The position numbers were made by a program, and so were the translations under genes. This document shows, in pieces, positions 10,839-19,399 of a stretch of 48,575 nt of DNA. Each line of letters opens with the position of its first letter. Position 1 is the stretch's first letter. The notes beneath the pieces were generated by a model. The model was given only the letters and a program-made list of their open reading frames with translations, ran no database searches and had not been told where the DNA came from. Where the stretch lies: positions 1-48,575 of the forward strand of contig JBIJBT010000008.1 of the NCBI GenBank assembly GCA_044345055.1. The letters run 5' to 3'. Origin of the DNA: Bdellovibrionota bacterium. GTDB taxonomy: Bacteria > Bdellovibrionota_C > UBA2361 > OMIW01.

Positions 10839-11732
10839 TCACCCAAGGGCTTCAGAGCCACCTATAATATCGAGCAGCTCCGACGTTATGCCCGACTGCC
10901 GCAGCTTGTTGTATCTCAGCTGCAATCTTCGAATCAGGTCTCCAGCGTTTTTGGTCGCTGCATCCATCGCCGCCATTCTACTTCCGTGCTCGCTCGCCTT
11001 TGCATCTAGTGCACCCTGCAGTACCAACGACCTGAATACTCTTGGTACCACCTGATCAAAAACTGCTTCCGGGGTCGGTTCAAAAAGAAGGTTCCTGTCG
11101 CTTACCGAGCCACCTGACTCACCCGCTGGTCTCAACATGTTTACACTCAAAGGAAGTAGTTGTTCCGTTACCGGAGTACTAGAGAGCGCAGATTTAAACT
11201 TTGTGTAAATCAGGTGAACGGCATCAAGACGCCCTTCACGAAAATCATTCTCGACCTTGGATAGTACCTCAGTTAGGGGCCACTGAGTTGGATCCTCCGA
11301 TAGGTTCTCTAAAGCCATCTGAGAAGCTCGATTCATTCGACGCAAACTTTCCACTGCTTTCCGGCCAAATGCGATGACCTCTATCTCCGCCGATGGACGA
11401 ATCGCCCTTAATTCCAACAGAGTTGATTCGACTCTTCGACCAAGATTTGCGTTATATCCCCCAGCCAGACCGCGCGATCCACCGATAACGATAACTGCTA
11501 TCCGCCCAATCTTGCGCTCCTCCATCAGTGGATGGACCCGAGCACTTCCTTCACCCGCATCCTGTAAACGAGCAGCCAGCTGACGGAGAAGTTCGGTGTA
11601 CTCTCGTGAACGGGTCGTAGCGTCCTGAGCTTTACGCAGCTTGGCGGCAGACACCAGCTTCATGGCGTAGGTTATTTTTTTTGTATTCTTCACCGATACA
11701 AGTCGGCTCCGTACTTCTTTTAGTCCGGCCAT
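10839..11732 (-). CDS. atpG: ATP synthase F1 gamma subunit
   Basis: Contains KITYAMKLVSAAK, RGLAGGYN, SEHGSRMAAM and RQSGITSEL. Confidence 0.98.
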   Translation of the reverse strand: MAGLKEVRSRLVSVKNTKKITYAMKLVSAAKLRKAQDATTRSREYTELLRQLAARLQDAGEGSARVHPLMEERKIGRIAVIVIGGSRGLAGGYNANLGRRVESTLLELRAIRPSAEIEVIAFGRKAVESLRRMNRASQMALENLSEDPTQWPLTEVLSKVENDFREGRLDAVHLIYTKFKSALSSTPVTEQLLPLSVNMLRPAGESGGSVSDRNLLFEPTPEAVFDQVVPRVFRSLVLQGALDAKASEHGSRMAAMDAATKNAGDLIRRLQLRYNKLRQSGITSELLDIIGGSEALG

Positions 11733-11766
11733 ATATGGTTCCGATCCCCTTTTTCTTGGCCGCCAA

Positions 11767-11790
11767 GAGTTGAGGTGATTACCTCAACTC
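11767..11790. other. Perfect 10-bp-stem hairpin in the atpA-atpG spacer
   Basis: GAGTTGAGGT-gatt-ACCTCAACTC, with an adjacent TCTTGGC-c-GCCAAGA palindrome at 11754-11768. Confidence 0.6.
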
Positions 11791-11823
11791 AAAACGAGCG
11801 TTACCGATTCAGCAAATGCTGGT

Positions 11824-13344
11824 TCAATGACTGCCAAAGCTTTTTGCAAAATCCTTCACAAGCTCAATCAGTTTGTCTTGCGTTGCTTTTGACATCTCAA
11901 GTTTGGTTCTTATCTCTTCTAGGATCTCAGGATGTTTGGCCTTTAGCGCACCATGAAATGCCGCCTCAAACTCCCTGATTTTAGGGAGTGGAACCTTGTC
12001 GAGAGCTCCGCTATTGGCCGCAAAGATTGAAACCACCTGAAGTTCGACCGGCATTGGTCGGTATTGATCCTGCTTAAGAATCTCTACAAGCCGCTGTCCT
12101 CGATCGAGCTGAGCCTTGGTTGCAGGATCGAGATCTGATCCAAACTGAGCGAAAGCCTGCTTTTCTCTGAATTGAGCTAGGTCAAGCCTAAGAGTTCCAG
12201 CGACTTTCTTCATCGCTTTTATCTGGGCTGCTCCTCCCACACGGGACACCGAAAGACCCACGTTCACTGCAGGCCGAATACCTGCGTGAAATAGTGATGA
12301 CTCAAGATAGATCTGTCCATCGGTGATTGAGATCACGTTGGTCGGAACATAAGCGGCAACGTCGCCCTCGAGAGTTTCGATGATAGGAAGGGCGGTGAGT
12401 GAACCGGCACCAACGGCATCGCTGAGTTTGGCTGCTCGCTCAAGTAGTCTGCTGTGAAGATAGAATACATCGCCCGGATAAGCTTCACGTCCTGGTGGGC
12501 GTCGTAAGAGGAGGGAAACCGTTCTCCAAGATACGGCGTGTTTCGATAGGTCATCGTACACGATCAATGCGTGGCGACCTGTGTTCATGAAATATTCACC
12601 CATTGCACAGCCGGCAAATGGTGCAATAAAAGAGAGGGGGGGTGGCTCGGAAGCGGTGGCCGCAACAACGATTGTGTGCTCCATCGCTCCGTGCTCTTTA
12701 AGCTTTTCAACTACCTGAGCAACCGAAGAGCGTTTTTGGCCAATAGCGACGTAGATGCAGATTACCCCGTTACCCTTCTGATTAATGATTGTATCGATTG
12801 CGACAGCAGTTTTTCCGGTCTTTTTGTCGCCGATTATCAATTCCCGCTGACCGCGGCCTACCGGGGTCATTGCGTCAATTGCTTTTACACCTGTCTGCAT
12901 CGGCTCGTGCACCGACTTTCTCTTAACGATACCAGGAGCTTTAAATTCTAGCTGACCCTTTGCAGTCGCCGCTATTGGACCAAGTCCATCGATTGGATTA
13001 CCGAGAGCATCAACGACTCGTCCGATTAGAGCCTCTCCAACTGGAACTTCAGCGATTTTGCCAGTACGTTGTACGGTGTCACCTTCTGCTATAGAGGTAA
13101 CATCACCCATAATAACGACCCCGACGCAATCAGCTTCAAGGTTTAGAGCGATTCCCATCGTGCCGCCAGCAATCTGTACGAGCTCCCCTGCTGCTACTTT
13201 TGACAATCCAGCAACGCGACAGATACCGTCACCCACCGATAGGACAGTTCCCACCTCATTAAGCTCTGATGACGGGCGGAAATTAGATATTCGCTCGCGC
13301 AGTAAAGCTGTTATCTCGTCGGCTCTTCCTTCCATGCTACCCAC
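11824..13344 (-). CDS. atpA: ATP synthase F1 alpha subunit
   Basis: Contains [41 protein letters not shown] and ISITDGQI. Confidence 0.99.
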   Translation of the reverse strand: MGSMEGRADEITALLRERISNFRPSSELNEVGTVLSVGDGICRVAGLSKVAAGELVQIAGGTMGIALNLEADCVGVVIMGDVTSIAEGDTVQRTGKIAEVPVGEALIGRVVDALGNPIDGLGPIAATAKGQLEFKAPGIVKRKSVHEPMQTGVKAIDAMTPVGRGQRELIIGDKKTGKTAVAIDTIINQKGNGVICIYVAIGQKRSSVAQVVEKLKEHGAMEHTIVVAATASEPPPLSFIAPFAGCAMGEYFMNTGRHALIVYDDLSKHAVSWRTVSLLLRRPPGREAYPGDVFYLHSRLLERAAKLSDAVGAGSLTALPIIETLEGDVAAYVPTNVISITDGQIYLESSLFHAGIRPAVNVGLSVSRVGGAAQIKAMKKVAGTLRLDLAQFREKQAFAQFGSDLDPATKAQLDRGQRLVEILKQDQYRPMPVELQVVSIFAANSGALDKVPLPKIREFEAAFHGALKAKHPEILEEIRTKLEMSKATQDKLIELVKDFAKSFGSH

Positions 13345-13407
13345 TCCATTTACTCTATGAATGATGCTCGTTATTCGGGCTCGAACTTTGTTTAGATTTT
13401 TTACTTT

Positions 13408-13959
13408 TTAAGCTGGCGCAGCCAGAGAATCCTCGAGTCGTCGTAGACGTGTTTTCAAGGATGAATCAAAGACTGAATCACCAGAGCGAATGAGAAGACC
13501 GCCGAGAATATCTTGGTCAACTCGTATTGTTATCGCGAGTGCGGGATTTACTACCGAGCGCAACCGGTCTTCCAGTAGGCGCTCTTCCTCTTTGGAAAGA
13601 CTGCGGGCAACGATCACTTCTACCGAAAGAATGTGTCTGAATTCCCGAACAGCATCTTCAAAGGAGATGATCATCTGGTCAAATAGGGCGAATCTGCCCC
13701 CTTCAGCCAGTAAACGAAGGAAATTCATTACTTCTTGCCCCAGCCCTAACCTATTTGCCATTTCCTCAACGAATTCTCGTTTTTGGTCGGAGGAAACAGT
13801 TCTTGACTTTAACGCTTCGGAAATCTGAGAGGATTCGCGAAACATCCGCTGAAGCTCTTTGAGTTGAGCACTAATTGAATCGAACTGCTCGACGATGCAA
13901 GCTGCAAATAGAGCTTGACCGTATGTTCTTGCGAGCCGACCTGGGCTTACTCTTGCCAT
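13408..13959 (-). CDS. atpH: ATP synthase delta subunit
   Basis: Contains ARTYGQAL, NFLRLL and VDQDILGG..IRSGDSVFDSS; position upstream of atpA. Confidence 0.95.
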   Translation of the reverse strand: MARVSPGRLARTYGQALFAACIVEQFDSISAQLKELQRMFRESSQISEALKSRTVSSDQKREFVEEMANRLGLGQEVMNFLRLLAEGGRFALFDQMIISFEDAVREFRHILSVEVIVARSLSKEEERLLEDRLRSVVNPALAITIRVDQDILGGLLIRSGDSVFDSSLKTRLRRLEDSLAAPA

Positions 13960-14086
13960 GAATCTCTCTCTTCAAATTCTTCGTTCGAGCGTTGTACTGT
14001 TATCAGTTCAGTACCGGACTTTAGACGATGAGCTGGGGAGTTTTAACAGTTGCTGTCTACTGCTTTTTGAAACACCTCTCAAATCA

Positions 14087-14764
14087 CTATCTAGCTAAAA
14101 GATTAAGCCCGCTCTCGTTCTCTAGCGCTGCTCTTCTAATATGCAGATCAGTTTCCGCGTTGACCTGACTTTTGACGATCTCTTCAGCTCGGGCGATAAC
14201 TAATCGAGCAAAATCTCGGCGAATTGCTTCGACTCTACGGTTTCGTTCGGCCTCTGCAAGTTGGCGAGCTTGATTAAGCAATCGGCTCGCCCGCTCGCGT
14301 GCCGATTCAAGCGTCTCCCTTGATTCTTCTTCAGCGCCTGAAATTAATTCCTCTCGGTTAGTCTCAAGCCTATTTTCCAGGCTAGCCTCCTCTGCGGCAA
14401 GCTTGTCATAAGTGCTTCGAGCTTCGGAAAGCATTGCGCTTGCGCGTTCTACTGCATCGGCGATTCGCTGTCTTCGGCCGTGCCACATATCTGAGAGAGG
14501 TTTTCTCAGTAGTCGATACATTATTACTGAGTAAATGGCGAAGTTTAGCCATAGAAGTGTGAACGACGGGCCGTGGTGAGCTGCGCTTGCGTCACCACCG
14601 TGGCCTGATGAAGATTCAGCCAAAACAATCGAGGTCTGAATGAGGGTACCAAGAAAAAAAAGTCCAGAGACTGAGGCCTTGAATCTATCGGGCGTTTCGG
14701 TACGTTCGGCTTCGTTGCTTTCCAGTGGCTTTAGTATCATGTGCGATTTGACTCCGGTTCTCAT
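14087..14764 (-). CDS. atpF: ATP synthase F0 subunit b with N-terminal extension (start 14764 or 14740)
   Basis: NF-containing TM helix and KP followed by a long coiled coil; N-terminal hydrophobic segment and His/Gly-rich linker. Confidence 0.88.
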   Translation of the reverse strand: MRTGVKSHMILKPLESNEAERTETPDRFKASVSGLFFLGTLIQTSIVLAESSSGHGGDASAAHHGPSFTLLWLNFAIYSVIMYRLLRKPLSDMWHGRRQRIADAVERASAMLSEARSTYDKLAAEEASLENRLETNREELISGAEEESRETLESARERASRLLNQARQLAEAERNRRVEAIRRDFARLVIARAEEIVKSQVNAETDLHIRRAALENESGLNLLAR

Positions 14765-14789
14765 ATGCCAACAGGGCCCCGTTTCAATT

Positions 14790-15263
14790 TTAGTGTAAAC
14801 GGGCGCACTCTGAGGATGGCTCTACAATCCGGCGTGCTACCGAATCTGCTACCTCTTCCAATCGACCCATTGAGTGATCACGAATTTGGCTGCATTCATG
14901 CTCTATTTCAGTCCTACTCTGCCGAACTATTTCAGAGGCTGCGGCTTCTGCTGCTGCTACAATCTCAGCAGCTTCGGCGCGGCCCCTTTCAGCTATTAAC
15001 TGACGTTCCGCCTGATGTTGGGCTTCTGCTAGAGATGTGCGGACCTCTATGCGATTTCTTATATCTTGCGCCTTCTCCTGAAGCTCGTCACTGAGCTGCT
15101 CAGAACCAATAGTCCTTCTTTCGCGCTCCTCTAAAATTCCGATTAGCGGTTGAAAGAGCCTAGTCGAAAGAAGTCGAAAGAGGACGAAGAATAAGATAGT
15201 CCCGATCGGGATCATCAGAGCATCAGTCTCATTGAGGTCGAGGGATTGAAGAAAACCCGCCAT
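14790..15263 (-). CDS. atpF: ATP synthase F0 subunit b'
   Basis: TM helix, LFQP..ILEERE and coiled coil; first gene of the atp operon. Confidence 0.85.
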   Translation of the reverse strand: MAGFLQSLDLNETDALMIPIGTILFFVLFRLLSTRLFQPLIGILEERERRTIGSEQLSDELQEKAQDIRNRIEVRTSLAEAQHQAERQLIAERGRAEAAEIVAAAEAAASEIVRQSRTEIEHECSQIRDHSMGRLEEVADSVARRIVEPSSECARLH

Positions 15264-15568
15264 AATTTTTCTTGCAAAAGTGACCTAAATTGAGGGGGAG
15301 TCCAAAACGGGCTCGCACCCTAGAAATATTCGAGACCGGCTCAATGAATTGTCTTGTGCCTTCGCGAAAGTTTAGAAAAGCTCTTGCCCGTTTTTTGTAT
15401 ACTATGGGCGGCGGTACGTTACGGTTTTTGAGGTTGATTGTCAATTTGATACCAGCGACTTGTTTCACTTTGGCGCGGTTTTTAAGTTGTTTTTCTGGCA
15501 AAAGTTTTCACTCAGATGATCGCTCTTCTGTTAATTTGGGGGTTGCTAAGTTGGACTTTTTCGAAATG

Positions 15569-16522
15569 CTATTCGTGTCCGCATATTGAATCAACAATAC
15601 GGCCAAGCTCGTCTTCCGAAAAGTAGTCAATTTCGATACTACCCCGACCTCCGCTGCCAGGCCGAATAGCGACTCGCGTTCCCAGTCGGTTTCGCAGCTG
15701 GTCTTCGATGTGGGCGAGGGGGGAGGATGGTTCTGGGGCCACTACTTTCTTTAAAGATTTCTTATTTTCGAGGATTATTACCCTCGCAACGATCGCTTCT
15801 ACTGCTCGTACGGATAGTCCTTCCTCGACGATCTTTCTCGCGAGGTTTATTTGAGCGGCGGGCTCTTTAATCGTAAGTAGCGCTTTTGCGTGCCCCATCG
15901 TGAGGCGCGATTCCTCAAGTAGCCCTAAGACTTCTGGGGCAAGTTTTAAAAGTCTGAGATAGTTCGCGATGCTCGCTCTATTCTTTCCTACCGCATCAGC
16001 GACCTGTTCTTGGGTGAGTTTGAACTCTCTAATAAGTCTTTCGTAGGCATAGGCTTCCTCTGCTGCTGTTAGTTGCTGTCGCTGAACGTTTTCAACGAGT
16101 GCGATCTGAAGTAGTTCCAGCTCTGATAGTTCTCGAATTATTGCTGGAATAGTAGTTAATCCGGCTCTCTGAGCGGCTCTCCATCGACGTTCTCCAGCGA
16201 CGATCTCGTAATTGCTTCCCCGAGGTCGTACAAGTATTGGCTGGATAATGCCGAGGCTTCGAATGGAGGCCGCAAGCTCCTCGAGTTCCGAATCGGCAAA
16301 ATGTTGCCGTGGTTGGGTTGGGTTATTTAAGACTTCGTCGATTGATAGAAAACGAACGCGCCCTTCCACGTTTCCGTTGGTTGGGGTGTCTGATGGTTCC
16401 TTGGATAATGGGAGTCCCTTGTTCTCTTTGGCTGCACCTCCGTCTAGCTGAAGTGAGACTGCTTCCGGTGAGATGAGGGCACTGAGCCCACGCCCGAGAC
16501 CGCGCTTTTCAAATTTTACCAT
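15569..16522 (-). CDS. parB: Chromosome partitioning protein ParB (Spo0J)
   Basis: Contains KRGLGRGLSAL, NPTQPR, GIIQP, AGERRWRA, ENVQR and an HTH. Confidence 0.98.
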   Translation of the reverse strand: MVKFEKRGLGRGLSALISPEAVSLQLDGGAAKENKGLPLSKEPSDTPTNGNVEGRVRFLSIDEVLNNPTQPRQHFADSELEELAASIRSLGIIQPILVRPRGSNYEIVAGERRWRAAQRAGLTTIPAIIRELSELELLQIALVENVQRQQLTAAEEAYAYERLIREFKLTQEQVADAVGKNRASIANYLRLLKLAPEVLGLLEESRLTMGHAKALLTIKEPAAQINLARKIVEEGLSVRAVEAIVARVIILENKKSLKKVVAPEPSSPLAHIEDQLRNRLGTRVAIRPGSGGRGSIEIDYFSEDELGRIVDSICGHE

Positions 16523-16604
16523 AGTGTTAGCCGTATAAGTTGTTAAGGGGTACTTCGAGGGTGTAACTACCTGACTTTATTGGATTTATAGTTTTGTTCG
16601 AAAT

Positions 16605-16620
16605 TGTTCCACGTAGAACA
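16605..16620. promoter_or_regulatory. parS site between parA and parB
   Basis: TGTTCCACGTAGAACA, a near-palindrome matching the parS consensus TGTTNCACGTGNAACA with one mismatch. Confidence 0.85.
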
Positions 16621-16640
16621 ACTACTCCTTAAAAGCTCGT

Positions 16641-17447
16641 TTAGCCGTTACTTACAGCATCGTTTAACTTCGTGGAGTCGAATCCGAGTCGAATTAGAAT
16701 CTCCTCCGTAAGGGCCTGATAGGCTCGGCCTCCGGTAGAGGTTGGGTCGTAAATGGAAATTGGTAATCCATGGCTTGGGCACTCTGAGAGTCGAATATTC
16801 CTCGGAATTCTTGTTTTGAGCAGTTTACCCTTAAAAAACTGTGAGGCCTCATTCTCAACTTGTGCAGATAGATTTGTTCGAGCGTCGAACATGGTCATGA
16901 ATACGCCATAAAGCTCTAGGGTAGGATTAAATGTAGTTTTAACAAATTGAATGGTCTTTGTTAAAGAAGAAAGGCCCTCAAGTGCATAGTATTCGGCTTG
17001 CAAGGGTACAAGTATCCCTTGAGCGGCGCCCATAGCGTTGAGAGTAAGAAGGCCGGAAGAAGGAGGGCAGTCTATGATGATGATGTCATAATCGTGACCT
17101 ATTAGCTTTAACTCTGATGTTAAAATTAATTCTCGTCCCTGTTTCTTGCCAACCTCAAGTTCAAGACTTACGAGATCTCGAGATGCTGGGACGACCGAGA
17201 GTCCTTTCACGGAGGGGCATTCCGCAACGATCTCTGACAATGAACGTTTTCCGAAGAAAACGTCATAAAGGTCGTCTCCCTCTGGGGGAAGATCAATTCT
17301 CAAGCCGCTCGAGGCACTAGCTTGAGGGTCAAGGTCAATCAGAAGTACCTTCAGCGAGCGCAAAGCTAACTCCGCTGCTATGCTGACAGAACTTGTTGTT
17401 TTACCGACGCCGCCTTTTTGATTTGCAACAGCAATTGTGACACTCAC
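16641..17447 (-). CDS. parA: Chromosome partitioning ATPase ParA (Soj)
   Basis: Contains NQKGGVGKTT, DLDPQ, DCPP, EYYALEG and IPRNIRLSE.PSHG. Confidence 0.98.
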   Translation of the reverse strand: MSVTIAVANQKGGVGKTTSSVSIAAELALRSLKVLLIDLDPQASASSGLRIDLPPEGDDLYDVFFGKRSLSEIVAECPSVKGLSVVPASRDLVSLELEVGKKQGRELILTSELKLIGHDYDIIIIDCPPSSGLLTLNAMGAAQGILVPLQAEYYALEGLSSLTKTIQFVKTTFNPTLELYGVFMTMFDARTNLSAQVENEASQFFKGKLLKTRIPRNIRLSECPSHGLPISIYDPTSTGGRAYQALTEEILIRLGFDSTKLNDAVSNG

Positions 17448-17735
17448 GATACCTCATATCCGTTAATTAACTGTGACTACCAGGTGTGGATACCTTTGCG
17501 ATCTCTGCGAACTTTAATGTTTGGCGAGCATGCCCGTTTATCGGATTCTAGGACAGCAATCTAAGATTACGAATCAAATCCCAATCCGTAACTAAGAAAA
17601 TAGGTATGTCGCTTAAAAAGAGAGGAGCTGTGACAACAGTCTTACCATTGGTAGACAGGTACCAGAAAAGTGCCCGTAATACAATCCGTGGTAACTACTT
17701 TCGATGAAAAGAGACGCCGTATCTGTCTTTTTTCT

Positions 17736-17751
17736 CGTTCCACGTGGAACA
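17736..17751. promoter_or_regulatory. parS site upstream of parA
   Basis: CGTTCCACGTGGAACA, with a 14-bp perfect palindromic core GTTCCACGTGGAAC. Confidence 0.9.
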
Positions 17752-17950
17752 TAGCCTTTGAACAACCCAAATTCTCGCAAATCTACGCTCCAAAATAATT
17801 AGATGGGCGTATATGGAGTTCTACCAGCGTGATTATGGAGCGTTTGGCACTGACGGTTTGATGTAGCGGTGCGAAAAAATCATCGATCCTTATACTTAGA
17901 GCGAGGACACTGCAGAAATGTGGCTCAAATTCAATGTGGAAGGGGGTGTG

Positions 17951-19138
17951 TTACCCGATAGATGACGAGGTTTTAATTAAACCCCGAGCAACTCCTGCCA
18001 TAATCTCTATAGCTCGCCGAATATGCTCTCTCTCATGACGAACTGAAATTACGAACCGAAGTAGGTTCGTTCTGCTGCTTCGGAGTGTCGTGTCATCGAA
18101 ATCGCACCACAGACCACCGTGATTTAACGCTTCCCATACTCGATATCCTGATTCGGTCCCTGGAATTACGACGGAAACGATGGGGAGTGACCCAACCGTC
18201 CTCACCTCTAAACCCAAATCTGCAAGGCCGACCTCAAGGTAACGACACAACCCCCTAACCCGCTCAACCTCCTCAGTAAGACCCCTCAGTATCTCAAGCG
18301 CAACCGGAATGCTCGCTGCGGTTCCTATCGATAGGGGAGCCTCCTTGTGAACTGCTTGGGATCGGAGCCGAATCAGCTCGCACAGATTCGACGAGCCCGC
18401 AATAATTCCGCCACTTACGCCCAACGCCGGACCAAGCCCCCCGACAATTGCGGCGGGAACACCCCGTAAACCGCAAAAATCAACCAACCCACCAAGTTTC
18501 GGGCCCATCAACCCTAGAGTAAAGGTTTCATCGACAACAATCCGCGCTCCTGAGCCACGAATTAGCCTTTCAATCTCATCGAGGGAGCTGAGATTCCCCG
18601 ACTCGAGATTAAAGCCCTGAATCCAAATCAAACGCTCGGCTGCCCCCGATGTGTGACCCAAACGCCTCAGAAATTGCTCGCTTGCTGCAGATGAATAAGG
18701 AACAACCGGAACTCCGCCAACTACCGCTGCATCAAGTACCTGAGTTGCTCCCAATTCCTCATCCACGAAGAGAAGGTCGTGGTCGGCAAGAGTGTTTAGG
18801 ATAAAAGAGAATATTGCTTGATTTCTGGAGCTAAGAAGGAGGGCGTCTTCACACCCAAGAAAAGAGGCTAGCGAAGACTCAGCAGCACGGTGGTATCGAG
18901 TCCATCCTCCTCGACTAAGTGACAGCCGACCCGAACCGCGATCCGCAAATTCGTGAAGACTTTTCCTAAAATCTCGCCGCCCAGTTAGGTTAAAAACATC
19001 CCAATTTGAAAAATCGATTAAACGACGATTATTAATACGAACATAGGGAGCCTCGTCCTCCTCAAGAGGAACAAGCTGCCTTACCCCGCCGTTGCGACGA
19101 AGGAGCTGTAATTCAACCCGTAAACGCTCTTCCCACAT
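17951..19138 (-). CDS. Alpha-oxoamine synthase family homologue (BioF/Kbl/SPT-like, PLP fold type I) lacking catalytic residues
   Basis: Family features include INNRRLIDFS, LASFLGCEDALL, IVVDE..LG.MG..GG, GPALGVSGG, PIVSV and LRF. The Schiff-base Lys position is Pro237. Confidence 0.8.
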   Translation of the reverse strand: MWEERLRVELQLLRRNGGVRQLVPLEEDEAPYVRINNRRLIDFSNWDVFNLTGRRDFRKSLHEFADRGSGRLSLSRGGWTRYHRAAESSLASFLGCEDALLLSSRNQAIFSFILNTLADHDLLFVDEELGATQVLDAAVVGGVPVVPYSSAASEQFLRRLGHTSGAAERLIWIQGFNLESGNLSSLDEIERLIRGSGARIVVDETFTLGLMGPKLGGLVDFCGLRGVPAAIVGGLGPALGVSGGIIAGSSNLCELIRLRSQAVHKEAPLSIGTAASIPVALEILRGLTEEVERVRGLCRYLEVGLADLGLEVRTVGSLPIVSVVIPGTESGYRVWEALNHGGLWCDFDDTTLRSSRTNLLRFVISVRHEREHIRRAIEIMAGVARGLIKTSSSIG

Positions 19139-19399
19139 AGCAAAAAAACGAATAATTACAGAACGATACTTGATTTATCTGCGAAGAATTTAGTTTTCAA
19201 AATTACTTCCAATATAGTCTTTTTAAAGCTGCGAAATTCAGAGTCTCTCTAATTAAGATGATCTATTTTCTCCGTTGGACGGAATTTTTCCCCGAACTTG
19301 GTTGTATTCAGAGTGGAGGGTAACGCCAAAGTGGCATCCTGCACCTCCCTTGGTAACGTGGCATACTAATTTCGACTATCAATTCTGAAACTACACCCG

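Noticed and set aside
17448..17950. oriC in the parA upstream region
   Set aside because: Only one imperfect DnaA box, no box cluster or clear unwinding element, and no dnaA/dnaN in the window.
17951..19138. Annotation as functional bioF
   Set aside because: The catalytic Lys and both conserved His are absent, and there are no biotin genes nearby.
19325..19380. Sigma-54 promoter at the TGGCA motifs upstream of the UbiB-like gene
   Set aside because: Neither copy has GC at the -12 position with the required spacing.
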